Assembly (NCBI GenBank): GCA_001643675.2
Contig: LSRY02000010.1
Coordinates: 1,550,001-1,614,000 of the forward strand
DNA from: Monocercomonoides exilis PA203
Taxonomy: Eukaryota > Protista > Preaxostyla
Direction: 5' to 3'
Length of the DNA stretch: 64,000 nucleotides
Shown: in pieces, positions 9,601 through 19,600 of the stretch
Layout: every line of letters begins with the position of its first letter
How positions within the stretch are numbered: the first letter of the stretch is position 1
Notes under the pieces: generated by a model
Databases searched by the model: none
The model's input: only the letters and a program-made list of their open reading frames with translations
What the model was told of the DNA's origin: nothing
Made by a program: the position numbers and the translations under genes

Positions 9601-11958
9601 TGTGCAGTGAGTGTGGCATCAAATGCTTCAACATTCCGGCTGAAGCAGTCATCATATCAAAACATAACGAGAGAATCATTTGGTCCGTGCTGCTTGGCTG
9701 CTTCGTCTTCGTCTTCGTCTTCGTCTTTATTGGTGGAGTTGGAGAACTGCACCAGCCACAAATGCATCTCATCCTCAGACAAAGGGAGAATTGCGACTTT
9801 GACGGATTTAACGGATGTTAACTTATCTTCATGTTCGTTTGACGGAGCAACAGGCGAGCAACAGTTTGGAGTCAACGAAGATTCACTCGATAATCTGTGC
9901 CGATGGAATGGGTCGATGGTTGATCTTCAGAATTGCTCCGGATTGATGAAGGACTCGACGCTGGCAAATTCAGAAAATGGAGGGCTTTCCTTATCAGGAG
10001 GAAGTGTGGAGATTGAGAAAGGAGAATTCATGAACAACAATCCATCAATAGCGAATTATGGATCGGCAAGGCGGAATGTTTTGTGTGGAGACTCAGCAAA
10101 ATTGAAAGTGATGAGTTTGAAGGGAGGGGATGGATTGAAAGACAACACCTCGCTGTGGATATTGGATAAAGGATGCACACTGGAAGGAATAGCGAAAGAA
10201 AGGGCATCTGCGTTTTTCATCCCGAAGGTGGAGAGTGTGACATCGGAAAAGTCAGGGGAGAAGGTGGACGTTGTGTTCAGAGGATCGGTTCTCCTTCCGT
10301 GCAACCTCTCGTTCAAGACCGTTGCAGCGATTGGGGATGAGGAGGTGGTTGAGAAATATTTGTTTGATGCAAGCGGTTTCATATCAGAGGAAGAGGTGCA
10401 TGGGTCTGTTCCTGCCAAGATAATTGAAGGGGTGCCAAGTGAAGCAGAAGTGAGGGTGTGCATTTTGTTTGGAAAAGTCAATTTGCCATCAGCCACTGAT
10501 TCATTTATTCTGAAGAACAGAAGCAATTCTGAGCCAGATGGAGAAGGAAATCTTGTTGAGGGAGGGAAAGAAGGAAAATCATGGACTTTAATAATTGCAG
10601 TTATATTTGTTGTTTTGTTCTTAATAGTTCTTGTTGTGTCAATTGTTCTGGCTGTTCGATGGAGGAAACAAAAGAGAAGAACAGAAGAATTGGAGATAAT
10701 TGTGGAAGACAACATCAGAAAAGATCCGAAGCTGATTGAGATGGTGACGATGGAGATGTCACCAGAAGAGCAGTGGAAGAGAGCTGAGAGAGAAGCAGAG
10801 AAGAAAAATGAAGAGAGAATTAAAAAGAGAATGAATGGGAAGCAGATGGTGCATTCAGAGTCAGAAGAGTATTTGCTGTCTGAAAGCGGATCAACAGAAT
10901 ATATCTTGGGAAAAGACTCAGACAAGATTCCTGAATGGATGCTGGAGAAGGTGGATGAAAAAGAAGAAGAGATAAGGAAGAGAACACCATCGCCGTCAAT
11001 TTCTTCAACTTGCTCAACTGACACATCAGACACAGATACCACTTTTGTTCGATCAGAGAGTCTTTGTCCAACCACCTCATCGATGTCGAATCTGGTGGAT
11101 GCGATGGCCTGCTCATCGCCTCACGAGAAACTGATTGTAGACTTGAGGGATTCTCTGTTCATGCTGCTTCATGGGCGGAACGAGAAGAAAGAGATGGCGA
11201 TCGGCACTTTGGAGGAGAGGGAGCAGACAGCTGCGCAGATCCTATTCTGGGTGGCGAATGGAGCAATTCACTCGTTTGACGAAATGGAAAATGAGCTGCA
11301 GTCATTGAGCAGTCTTAGTTCGCTTGTTGTGCTGTTCTCAGAGCACATGGTGATCTGCATTGTCCTCCACTTTGACTGCTCCTCAGATGATTCAGACTCG
11401 TCGTCCATTTCGTCGTGTTCGATTGCCACATCAACGTCTGACTGCTCAAGAGCGAATAGAAATGGAAGAGGGTCGCCTCCTCCGTCGTCTGCGTTTGAAG
11501 AGGACGACGATGACATAAAAGAGTGTTTGCGGTGGAAGGCGCCTGAACTGCAAATGAACAAGAAGATGGGGGCAACGAAGAAGTCAGTGGCGTTTTCGAT
11601 TGGGATGATGCTGTGGGAGTGCCTGACGCTGGAGATACCGTTTGGGGAGTATGCGGCCGAGCTGGCTGGGCAGAATATTGCGAATGGGGAGAGGCCTGTG
11701 CATGGGGCAGAAAGGGATTCGTCGTTGTTTGAGTGTGTGAAGTCGTGCTTGAGCCAAGAAGCAAAAGATCGGCCGAAGCTGATGGAGTTGAAGCGGGAGT
11801 TCATCCAGCGATTTCCGCCGGGGGCGGTGATTGTTACGATTTCAGATGCGGTTGATTATGAATGCTTTTCGGGTTGCCAGAGAGAAAACGAAGAGAGCAA
11901 AGAAAGCGATGAGTCTGGGAGGAGCAATTCGAAGACACTGCTTGTTAATGGAAAATGA
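3634..11958 (+). CDS. 2774-aa intronless Cys/Ser-rich surface protein: GGA[ILV]/FxxC beta-helix-like repeats, single TM helix, degenerate kinase-like C-terminus
   Basis: Uninterrupted ORF with repeated GGAI/GGAL/GGGI motifs. TM segment WTLIIAVIFVVLFLIVLVVSIVLAV is followed by RWRKQKRR. Tail has LRWKAPEL, VAFSIGMMLWECLTLEIPF and DRP (kinase subdomains VIII-XI) but no HRD or DFG. Confidence 0.9.
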   Translation: MLLRCKGRAGALLFASFSVSIIMRSIYCNEETGYKADAFKKADFQDYSIGRLGETHEASKNAPFPHRVDAINAAKCNELQEFDSSGWSQNTEKSIKRLQEDSEGAFDHNFLAGALNNDMNKWSCVCSRMTVLNSSLAVEQINIIQKITSSISVRNELSRLFVRDCIISVGTETESSAFECAGGTILMENISLRRTFPQQAWPSLVSASPCSLPLTGHVHILSCTFSSFCASLANPFIGDVDLTFASASFCSFHNISVQSSNKNFPQKHSLQESKIEGCAVTDCVCPFYGVLISGSRGCGFGSSNTSFIRSRNTISHQNFTNRAQSFSEGEIKFEDCNFTECSAANGGAILVCGSAKLTVGKCIFLGCYNTFSDMYGHGGAIFSDGSDCNIENSIFNNCRGAREWTIGGAFAQITNNLSIVIGCSFENCSAIYGGSVAWDEGVWGSLFNSVFESSRALRCYAGTVFLQEPRTDFEISNCYLLKGDAPTGAGGIDVSYNDYKTNLKIKFCLFENNTVQKSTHAADIFIGPGFSLADASVQILQCLTLSTAQRKVVQCVEYAWDCGDKGVAYDSYLPAPQSEIHISNSGSDVNTCGGTDSECQTVEYGVTRWKEQLNQNVYMNGEEFEEDMIDVKWRNIVLSGAENNSSAIKCREASSNDCLISIGNGSLNAKRISFVCVFNRSAIAIGCSGLLELELCSFAKSSQSTQPSTKSLIQVEEGSLTMKFVNVSGFGFSQGCAIALSDCKSVSLSNASFWDVESEQNGGCLNAVWSEGSENGCEASISGCIFEHCVVSGDGNGGGALFLSLPSTCTATISGCSFEECEAPFGSQEGFGGGIFLDLEHSDAGFAITAPSFSSEKPNKAKHGNDLFVQSPNLKESITSEKLPFACSLGHSSFDDLRGFNGNDREHSIPLVLFFEEVGSTIHVGSEDGADTVVCGFSDYPCQSIDYCVERLAELSAKTIAIVKSATIENEMMLHNVNLRSSDASKAEITCIKSLNALNGKVMAATGNASIESIRFLLPSSFDAEIETLISLTSESNLSLTKCAFEMQQGEVSQIGYRLFQMSGGILNMDNCQLNSANLHHAPIAVSENAASTPTTIISLNVKNTDISDQPLIGVIPSSTSKLLNEGTTSDKTVCLTQCTFSGIANGNADSAVFISSSISSHVECLHWNATNAKGTQSMEGGAMKIVVEAQGQFVMENATFTKCCAESEAGGKGGGIYFDCSASDAFSFQQITFDQCSAKHGKNVFFLSSDLNVSITKQTLAFEVSETANDTNLFVGNDTTKTNFDLCRFLIGFSSQEIYLSKNSGWDVLRCGSGEEPCATMEYGQKHFRALEDPAQPSMNTFVIVDEAQVNSEMDISNVSVTSVDAKSRPVLTFGAAISPQNGNEEEGDCVLANDGKSSLMNIEVCCGDGSGWRQTKLISTAGSSFAAQGCSFISVSSTAIHYCIVACLSGTCELSSCSFKSIQAESHILMVSHGSSIDLTNVSMSNMELMGKSIVSVLGQGKLQDEPQELNEDKGPTVQLKCCTLFSLLQSAPSEPSVISCTGSKPSSVSVQNTSIKNCGSSQSESGGGMMMKLSEGGFFEIRFSTISGCFCSATGRGGAIFLDCSSITRDGLLPFLLKNTTFMENKAFVGRDVYVKCANVKTQIGAELFELDFRAPFVRDLAMWGCTAPDYSDEQDLLLLVVVYQSETIFASSSADNASDTRQCGAMSEPCISLNVALPHIIPSVYSNLLIDKSAEVTGEASACDVSIKSLDAEGARGSVVLNSSIGSKTKSLVSCSSRVKMEFLTFLFGSAFSSPHSSLLLLADGNLSIADTAFAQEDWNGNSEMRLNCSIVLVENGRLSINGCTFAFLRLGSSCVAARGGQYCSFMNLNISDVNCGVLLDFRNLTNLSMQQVLISSCALEQSALLLHNCKDSQLQKVQILNAESKASLIAFSSDGSGDHSNIQCYHSDFDAISVLSGSLLSVECADANVEMNFLSISNAKLREGCAVSVASNASTFRLKQSSYQNITRESFGPCCLAASSSSSSSSLLVELENCTSHKCISSSDKGRIATLTDLTDVNLSSCSFDGATGEQQFGVNEDSLDNLCRWNGSMVDLQNCSGLMKDSTLANSENGGLSLSGGSVEIEKGEFMNNNPSIANYGSARRNVLCGDSAKLKVMSLKGGDGLKDNTSLWILDKGCTLEGIAKERASAFFIPKVESVTSEKSGEKVDVVFRGSVLLPCNLSFKTVAAIGDEEVVEKYLFDASGFISEEEVHGSVPAKIIEGVPSEAEVRVCILFGKVNLPSATDSFILKNRSNSEPDGEGNLVEGGKEGKSWTLIIAVIFVVLFLIVLVVSIVLAVRWRKQKRRTEELEIIVEDNIRKDPKLIEMVTMEMSPEEQWKRAEREAEKKNEERIKKRMNGKQMVHSESEEYLLSESGSTEYILGKDSDKIPEWMLEKVDEKEEEIRKRTPSPSISSTCSTDTSDTDTTFVRSESLCPTTSSMSNLVDAMACSSPHEKLIVDLRDSLFMLLHGRNEKKEMAIGTLEEREQTAAQILFWVANGAIHSFDEMENELQSLSSLSSLVVLFSEHMVICIVLHFDCSSDDSDSSSISSCSIATSTSDCSRANRNGRGSPPPSSAFEEDDDDIKECLRWKAPELQMNKKMGATKKSVAFSIGMMLWECLTLEIPFGEYAAELAGQNIANGERPVHGAERDSSLFECVKSCLSQEAKDRPKLMELKREFIQRFPPGAVIVTISDAVDYECFSGCQRENEESKESDESGRSNSKTLLVNGK

Positions 11959-12670
11959 GCTGGAATGGGGAAAAAAATTATATATCTGTTTTTTTTATTA
12001 AAGTGCATTTTGCATTTTATCTTTTGCGTGTGTGTATTCAACAATTTTTGTTTTTTCTTTTCTTTTCTTTTTTCTTTTTTTTATTCGTTTGGCATATTTT
12101 TCGATTTTTTGTTTCATCCTTTTCGTTTTTTATCACGAAATGTCTTCTTTTGTTGATGTTAACGAGTGTTATATATCTGTATGTACCTCACAATAATTAT
12201 TCTTGTTCACTCTTCCTGTGAAACAATTAGCACAAACACACCACCAGCTTGTTGAGTTGGGAAACGTGTCAGTTATCTTGAAATGAAAATATTCATTTCG
12301 CAATAACTGCGATATTTTTCAATTCATCAGAAGTATTTTTATTTTCAAGAGAAATTCTTCCTGATATTTCTTTTTTCAAAAGAAACAACAGAATTTGCAA
12401 TCGAATAAATGATTCATTTTCAACTCACAAAAACTCATTCGCTCTCATGTGAAATTCAACGGGAAATTTAAAAAAAAAAAAAGTTGAACTCATTGGATTT
12501 GAAACGGATTTTCAATAATTCTTTTCCAAAAGTGATTTTTCCTTTTCTTTTTTTTTAATAAAAAATCTTTTTGATTTTTCAATTGTGGATTATTTTGCCG
12601 ATGATATATTTGAATAGAAAGCTTTTAATCCAACAAAATTCTTGATTTGATCAGTTCATCCAATAATTAA

Positions 12671-14025
12671 ATGCTTCAAATATTTCATATTTTATTTTCT
12701 TGTTGTGGCTTTGTATTTTTGGTTTCTGTTGCTGCGTATCTTCTTCCCCAATTAGCCATTTTATTTGCGAAGGAAACAAATTTTGTCAAACGATATGGGC
12801 GTTCGTGGGCATTTATCACAGGAGGTTCGTCGGGAATCGGACTTTCGCTTGCGAAAAAGCTGGGTCGACAAGTATTTTGTTGCTTCTTTTTGAATGCGCC
12901 ATTGAAGTGAAAGAGTTGAAATTGGGTGCTTATGAATCATTGTTCCGAAGGGAATGAATCTTATCATTTTATCAGAAACGGAGCAGAATCTGAAAAATGC
13001 CAAAGCAATTCTCAACAATTTGTGTGTCAAATTGTGATTTTATTTTGTGATTTATTTTGAAGATTTTTCTTCTTCTTCTTCTTTTTTTTTTCGGAAGGTT
13101 CCCAACCATCCAAGTTTGTTTAATCTGCGCAGATCTCTCAAAGGATCCAAACATTTTGGCAAAGACAGTGCTGAATCAGATTGACGGGCTCGATATCAGC
13201 GCAATTGTTGTGAATGCTGGATATGGATTATTTGAGGTTTGACACAAGGAAACATCCGAAATTATATTTTCTGTCTTTTGAAAAAAAAAATGATGGATAT
13301 CTTTTAGAGTGCATCCAATCCGAGTGCATCAACTTTGCACATGTTTCACTCGAACATTGTTGGGCATCAGCACCTTATAAATGCGCTTTTCCCCATTTTG
13401 GCGAAGCGAAGGCCTCATTTTGATGGAAGGAAATGGCGCAGAGGATGTGTGATATTCACTTCGTCAGTGACAGGATGTTTTGTGAGCCCTTATAACGCGG
13501 TGTACTCAGCAACAAAAGCATATTTGGATCATTTTGGTGAATGCTTGTCTTTGGAAGCTTCATGTGTGCATCCGATTTCAACTTCCACAGTCCATTCTTC
13601 TCGTCTTTTCATGCTCTGTTTTTCAAAATTTTTAATGTTTCAGGCTTGAAGATAGATGTTGTTTCAATCCGTCCAGGCTCTGTGAAAACGAAGTTTCATG
13701 ACAGAATCCCGCGTTTTTTTGTTATGGATTTGATTAGTGTGCATTTGCGATTGTGTTTCTTTTTTTTCAAAAAAATAAATAAATAAATAATAATAATAAC
13801 AATTTCTTGATATTCTCAGATTTATTTCAGCAATCGCCTGATGCAGTTGCAAGCAGAGTGTTGAAAAGTGTTGGAATGTTTGTGAAAGTTGACTGCGGAG
13901 TTTTCGCTGTACTTGTTGAATTGATGAACAAATTGGTTGACAGAAACCTATACATTGCGATTGCACAAAATATTTATCCATTCATTCCTGATATTAAGAA
14001 ATTATTTGAAGAAAATGGCAAATGA
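12671..14025 (+). CDS. Short-chain dehydrogenase/reductase, 17beta-HSD12/3-ketoacyl-CoA reductase-like, 6 exons
   Basis: N-terminal hydrophobic anchor, WAFITGGSSGIG, VVNAG, TSS, YSATK and PGSVKT motifs. GT-AG introns at 12872-12950, 13022-13097, 13237-13307, 13564-13643 and 13737-13819 all splice in frame. Confidence 0.88.
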
Positions 14026-14399
14026 TTTAATAATCTTCGAAAACGTTGTGAAAGCTAATTTTTGTGTTTTGTGTGAATGCTTATTTCTCAAAAGAAATTT
14101 TCTTTTTTCTTTTTTCTTTTTTCTTTTTTCTTTTTTCTTTATTTTTCTTTATTTTATTTTATTTTTTGTTTGTGCATGCGTGTGCATGTTTGGTCATCTG
14201 TCTATCGAAGCATCTTTTTTTTAGTGGATGCAACAATTTTTCACACGGCAAATGATCTTCAAAGTTCGTTTGAAAGCCATTGAGAATATTCGATATCCTT
14301 TGAAAATGCTGTTTAACATTATTTCTTTGAATGTTTTTTAACGCCTTTGGCAACGACTGGAGATCATGAAGAGAAAAAAGTTAACACAAAAAACACTTT

Positions 14400-15589
14400 T
14401 GTTTCTGGATGAGATCCAGATAGCATCAACAATAATTCTGGTCCTCTTCTTTCATTTTGTGAAGACCCACATCATTTGCTTTCATGTTCACAAGAAGAAT
14501 AATGGTGTTTGATTTGCAAGTCTTTTCACGAATCGGATTTTGCTGTTTTGACGCTGGCTGATGCAAAGCCAAATGCAATGCACGAGAAACAAATTGACTT
14601 TCGCTGGAGAAGCACAGATGGCATTCAGAGCAATCGGTTTTGGCGATGCATCCAGCAAAAAGAATTGAAAGACGGAAAATGAGAAGTGTCGATTGGAGAA
14701 AAGGGGCAACGGCCAATATTGTTGAGCATCGGGAAACGCTGAATGCGATGAAGAGCATGGCTTTGAGCGAGCTTTTTATTCAGCAGAAAATTGGAGAAGA
14801 CGGCAGAGGACAAAGAGAATGAAAAAGGAAGAAAAGATTGGCTGAGGCTGATTATTCCTTCCCGAAGCCAGAATGAATGCGCCAAAGAGTGGAGATTCGC
14901 AGAAAGGAAAGCAGAAATAACACAATGAGTCGAGTCTGCGAAGTGTTCTAATGAAGCAAGAAGAAGGCGAAGACGCGAACAAACGAGTGGATAAGCCAAT
15001 ATTTCCATCTGAACAACTCGATTTCTGAATGATTGGAGTTGCCTCAATCGTTCGACCTTTTGATTTTTGTCTCTGTTTTTTTGGATTTCATATTCGCTTG
15101 AAGGCAACAAATTGAACTTTCAAATTCTTCGGAAGCCTCAAGATCTGGAAACAAAAATACAACGAACTATGGATGACTGTTGTTCCGCACGAAGAGAATA
15201 TTATATCAACAGGCTTCGGGGCAAAAGAGTCATGAGAAAATGTGATTGAAGATGAATTGTATTCCGCAAAAGAGGCAATCAAAAGAGAGAAGGAGAGAAA
15301 GAGGGAGGTGAAGCGGATTCGCTGGGAAAAGGAGAATTGGCAGGTGGGATGCGAATGATTGTGAAGAAAAGGAAGAAGGAGACGCGGGGGAGAAGGAGAA
15401 AAGACAGAAGAGAAAGGATGGCAGATGGAGGGAGGGGAATGAGCAAAGAAGAAACATTTGAGTGTATTTTTGCCGAGGAAAGTGGGACTGAGGAAAATGA
15501 CTTGGATGACGACAAAAAAGGAAACGAAAGAGAAAAAGGGGAGGAGAAGAGGAAGCAGAGAATGGTGTGGTCCTGAAAGGATTTGAGAT
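14400..15589 (+). pseudogene. Degenerate coding remnant of unknown family, interrupted by the DIRS insertion
   Basis: Coding-like stretches with stops. Removing the DIRS element joins ENGVVLKGFEI to WFELEKESSVKE (20618 onward) in frame. Confidence 0.35.
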
Positions 15590-16130
15590 TTGCAATAGAG
15601 CGAATCAACAAACGCAAGGAGCATGTTTGCTCCTCAATAATGAGTATTGTTCACGATTTATGGGTGGTTTAAGATCTAACTTCGCCAATACTCAAATTCA
15701 AAGAAGATCTTTATTGTCCGCAATAATTAAGAAGAAACAGCCTGTTACAAAAAATACAGAGACAGAGATGGAAAAGATTTGGATCGATTTCTGAAACTGG
15801 GAAGAAAGGAAAATATTATTGAAGAACTTGGTAAGTTCTGACCTTGAAATACATCATCTGTAATGGAAGGAAGTGCACAGCCAATAAAGACGAATAGAGA
15901 GCCGCGCATAGTGAAAAGACAATACAAGAATAGAAGCAACAAAACAGAAAACTGAAATTATGATATTTGTGAGATATTTATGCAAAATGAAGATATGAAT
16001 TTCAATATATTTTCAAAGAAAATGAAACTACAAAATATTTTGTTCATTTATTAGGAAAATGAGCCATACATGCAGTGAGATATAGGAAAATTTAGAAATC
16101 GCAAGATATTTCGAAAATTAAAGAAGATAT

Positions 16131-16387
16131 GGGTGATTATTTTTGAAATCATATCTTTTTTCGGAATGTTGATTTTTATAAAATTGTTAGTTTTTTGAAA
16201 GAAAATTTTGATTCAAAAGAGGAAAAGCATGAAAATTGTTTTTAAAAACTAATGGTTTTTCCGAATCAAAGATTTAAATGCATTCAACAAGCCTTTTCAC
16301 TTTTCAATTTTTGTTTATTGATATTCAAGAAATATTTTTGCACCGAATTTTTTGTGTGAAATAAAATGATTTCAAAAATAATCACCC
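16131..16387. mobile_element. MITE-A, 257 bp, perfect 22-bp TIR, ATAT target duplication
   Basis: ATAT|gggtgattatttttgaaatcat ... atgatttcaaaaataatcaccc|ATAT. Confidence 0.88.
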
Positions 16388-16391
16388 ATAT

Positions 16392-16659
16392 GGGACAAAA
16401 TATTTGACTTCAGGCATTTTCATTGAAAAATTATGTATATTTGATGAACTTTTTGTGATCAAAAAATCTGAAAAAAATGGGTTTATTTATTGAAATACAT
16501 GTGAGGTCACAAAACATTATGTGATCACATCAATGATGTTTGTTTGCAGTAATGAAAAACCAATTTATTTCGAAATCTGAGAATGATTGATAAAGTTATG
16601 AGTGAAACAAAATGTTTGTGCTTTGTGCAAAAAAAGCTTGAAAGTCCATATTTTCCCCC
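16392..16659. mobile_element. MITE-B, 268 bp, imperfect TIR, ATAT target duplication
   Basis: ATAT|gggacaaaatatttgactt ... aagtccatattttccccc|ATAT. An independent homologous insertion with the same ends lies at 59921-60187. Confidence 0.9.
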
Positions 16660-19600
16660 ATATGAAAAGAGATAGAATAGAAAACCGTGTTATGCCGCGA
16701 GACAAAGAGAAGAGAGAGAGAAGACAGAAAAAAATAGAAACGCAATTAAATTGAGATTATTATGAAGAGAAAACTCAGCTTATTAAATCAACTTTAGCAA
16801 AGGAAATATAGACAAACTGTGTTACGAAACAGCATGACAAACAGAAACGATGAAATATTATTGATTAATAAAATGAAAAGTTACAATGTTTATTTACGGA
16901 GATAATCACAAATATGAAACCGCGAAAGATAACGAGACAGAGAGAAAAGAGATAACCGTGAGATGAAACGAGATTATTGTGGAGAGGGAAACCGCTTTCT
17001 ATCAAAAGTGTTTGAATGAAGAGAAAGCTGAGGTTGCTGCGAGATAAGGATAAAGAAAGAGATGGAAAAAAATTTCGAACTGATTAAACGAACAGAAACA
17101 GTGCATAAGAACGAGATATGTGCAGATATAATAACAGCGAAATATCGTGAGATAAAAATAGAAGTGAAAGCACAGTTGAATTGCGAGGATGAAATAGAAC
17201 AAGAGACCACAGAAAATTCCGAGATGAGGATATAGAAAGAAGTCGCACAGCACAGTGTGACGAAAATGGAGGAAGGCTCCGCTTATTTCCGCGAAATGAG
17301 AACGAAGAATAAGATGATGTGCTTGAAGGAAATCAAGAGAGGAATAAAGAAAGCTTCTGGGATTGTAGTCGAGTACACAAGAAGGAACTATCAGAATGGG
17401 GAGCCTAATAGAGTTATTGAAGATCCTCACGAAGGAGCAATTGCTCAAACCTTTATAAGCAGAAGTTGAGGGACGGAGTGGTGAAGTCCGTACAGGAGTC
17501 GGAGGTGAAGTGGTTCAACCCGACATTCATGGTGATAAAGAAAAACGGAAAGTGGAGAAAGATTCTAGATTGCAGGGCGCTAAACGAGGAGGTGCAGGGA
17601 AAGCATTTCAAGATGGATTTCCAGGAGACAGTGGTGGAACTCCTGGAGGAGAACGATTGGATGACCACTCAGGATATATCGAGTGCATTCCAGCACGTCA
17701 AAGTGGATGAACAATTCAGTCCCTATCTGTGCTTCAGCTTTCAAAGTTAATGCTACGTTTTCGTAGTGATGCCCTTTGGAGCAAAAGACGCGCCCAGTGT
17801 TTTTACGAAGATAATGAGACGGACGGCGTCATATATCAGAGAAAAGTGGAGAGTGAAGCTAGTGATATACCTGGACGACATTCTCCTCATGCATCCAGAC
17901 AGGGATGCATTGAGATTGATCACACAAGAAATAACCCAGATCTTGAGGAGTCTGGGATGGATACATTCAGAAGAGAATTTGAATTTGTAATCAACAAGGA
18001 GTGTGTAGTTCCTGTGATTGCTTTGGAACTCGGAAAGGATGGAAGTGAAGCTCCAAGAGAGGAAGAGAGTGCTCTTGCTGAAGGATGTGCATACCTGGAT
18101 AGCACATGTAAAGAAAGGGATGAATCACAGAACAAGAGACTTAGCAGCACTCCTCGGGAGGCTGAATTTTGTGAGACTGCAACACCCACCAGCAAGCTTG
18201 CAGATGACGCGTATTCAATACGTGCTGAAACAGACAATAGACCGCGGGGGATGGAAGGGGACGGTAATAGTCAGCCCAATGATACTGGGAGAATTAACAC
18301 ATTGGAGAAAGATACTACAAGAAAACAGACCAAGGAGTCTGAAGAGAAGGAACAGACCTGCGGTACTAACGACGAACGCTTCAGAGCTGGGATGGGGTGC
18401 AGTATTAACAATACAGAGGGAGAACAAAGAGGAGAAGATATATGTCCACGGGAGTTGGACCCTCCAGGAGAGTGCGTTAGCGATAAACGAAAAGGAGTCC
18501 AGAGCAGTGTTGAGAACTTTAGAAAGGAAATGAGCATGGCTGAAACAACAGAAGATAGACCATATTCGTTAGATGACAGACAATATGTCCACGAGATGAA
18601 CAACACAGAAGAAGAGGAGAGTGCCATCGCTTATTCCAACACTGAGAGCACTAGAGAAGAAACTGAACAGCCTGGACTTGATAAAACAAACAGAATATCT
18701 CCCAGGAGAACAGAATATGGAAGCAGATGCATTCAGCCTGATGGCGAAAAAGCCGGACTATGCACTGAGGGGGGAAAAAGTCTCAGAGATATTGCAGATA
18801 GTCGCACCGAGAACACAAGATACAATTTCAGAACAGATTACGCCGGTGCCCTGTGGAACTATTTGGAAACGATCCTCTCTGAGAAGGTAGAAAGAGTGAT
18901 TGAGCTGTTGTTGAACAAGATAGTACCAGTCTGTTATTGAGAAACATAGAGTTAACATTATAAGAGATGAGAAATGATGACTAGAATTAACTCCCATGAA
19001 AAATAACAAGCGTTAGACTGGAGAATATATATATTTATATATAAGTTGGAAAACCCTTTCATGCATGGAGAGAATTCGTTGGAGCGAAGGACATGTCAGC
19101 AGCAATATTGAGTAACCCAAATAGTGAAAGAGATACAGGGAGAGTGCTGCGAAGATTTAACAATTCTTGGACAAGTTAAGTGCTGATGATTCTGACCCCC
19201 TCACAATCAAAGATGCCAGGTAGATAATGGCACAATTTTTTGAAATTATATCCAACAAAAATGTTTCAAGTGGAGAGAAAAATTAAACTGAGAGAAAAGT
19301 TATTGAGTCCATTAACCTTTTCAGAGAAATAAAGACGAAGGAGAAAGATATTAATTCATCTCTTTAAACTCACGAGAGAGTTAAGCAGAGAAGGGGCAAA
19401 CAATATAAATCAGTGTGGGTTTTCACAACTATGACAAAAGGGGAATAAACCACATACAACTCAATAGACCCACAAGCACTCCAGAGGAGAGCCCTCATCC
19501 TCACTATTATTTTTGCAACTTTAGAGCCAGCTAAGCTGGAGAGATTGAGAAGGAAGAGTTCAATATTAAAAGAGAATACGGTATTTATAGAAGTGCAGAT

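Noticed and set aside
10056-11804. Long antisense ORFs (339, 178 and 149 aa) within the giant gene
   Set aside because: Shadow frames of the sense CDS. The 339-aa one is broken in the mirror copy.
17729-18940. 403-aa ORF overlapping RT/RNase H as a separate novel gene
   Set aside because: Overlapping frames are normal in DIRS elements, and this one probably leads into the YR ORF. It is not conserved intact in the mirror copy.
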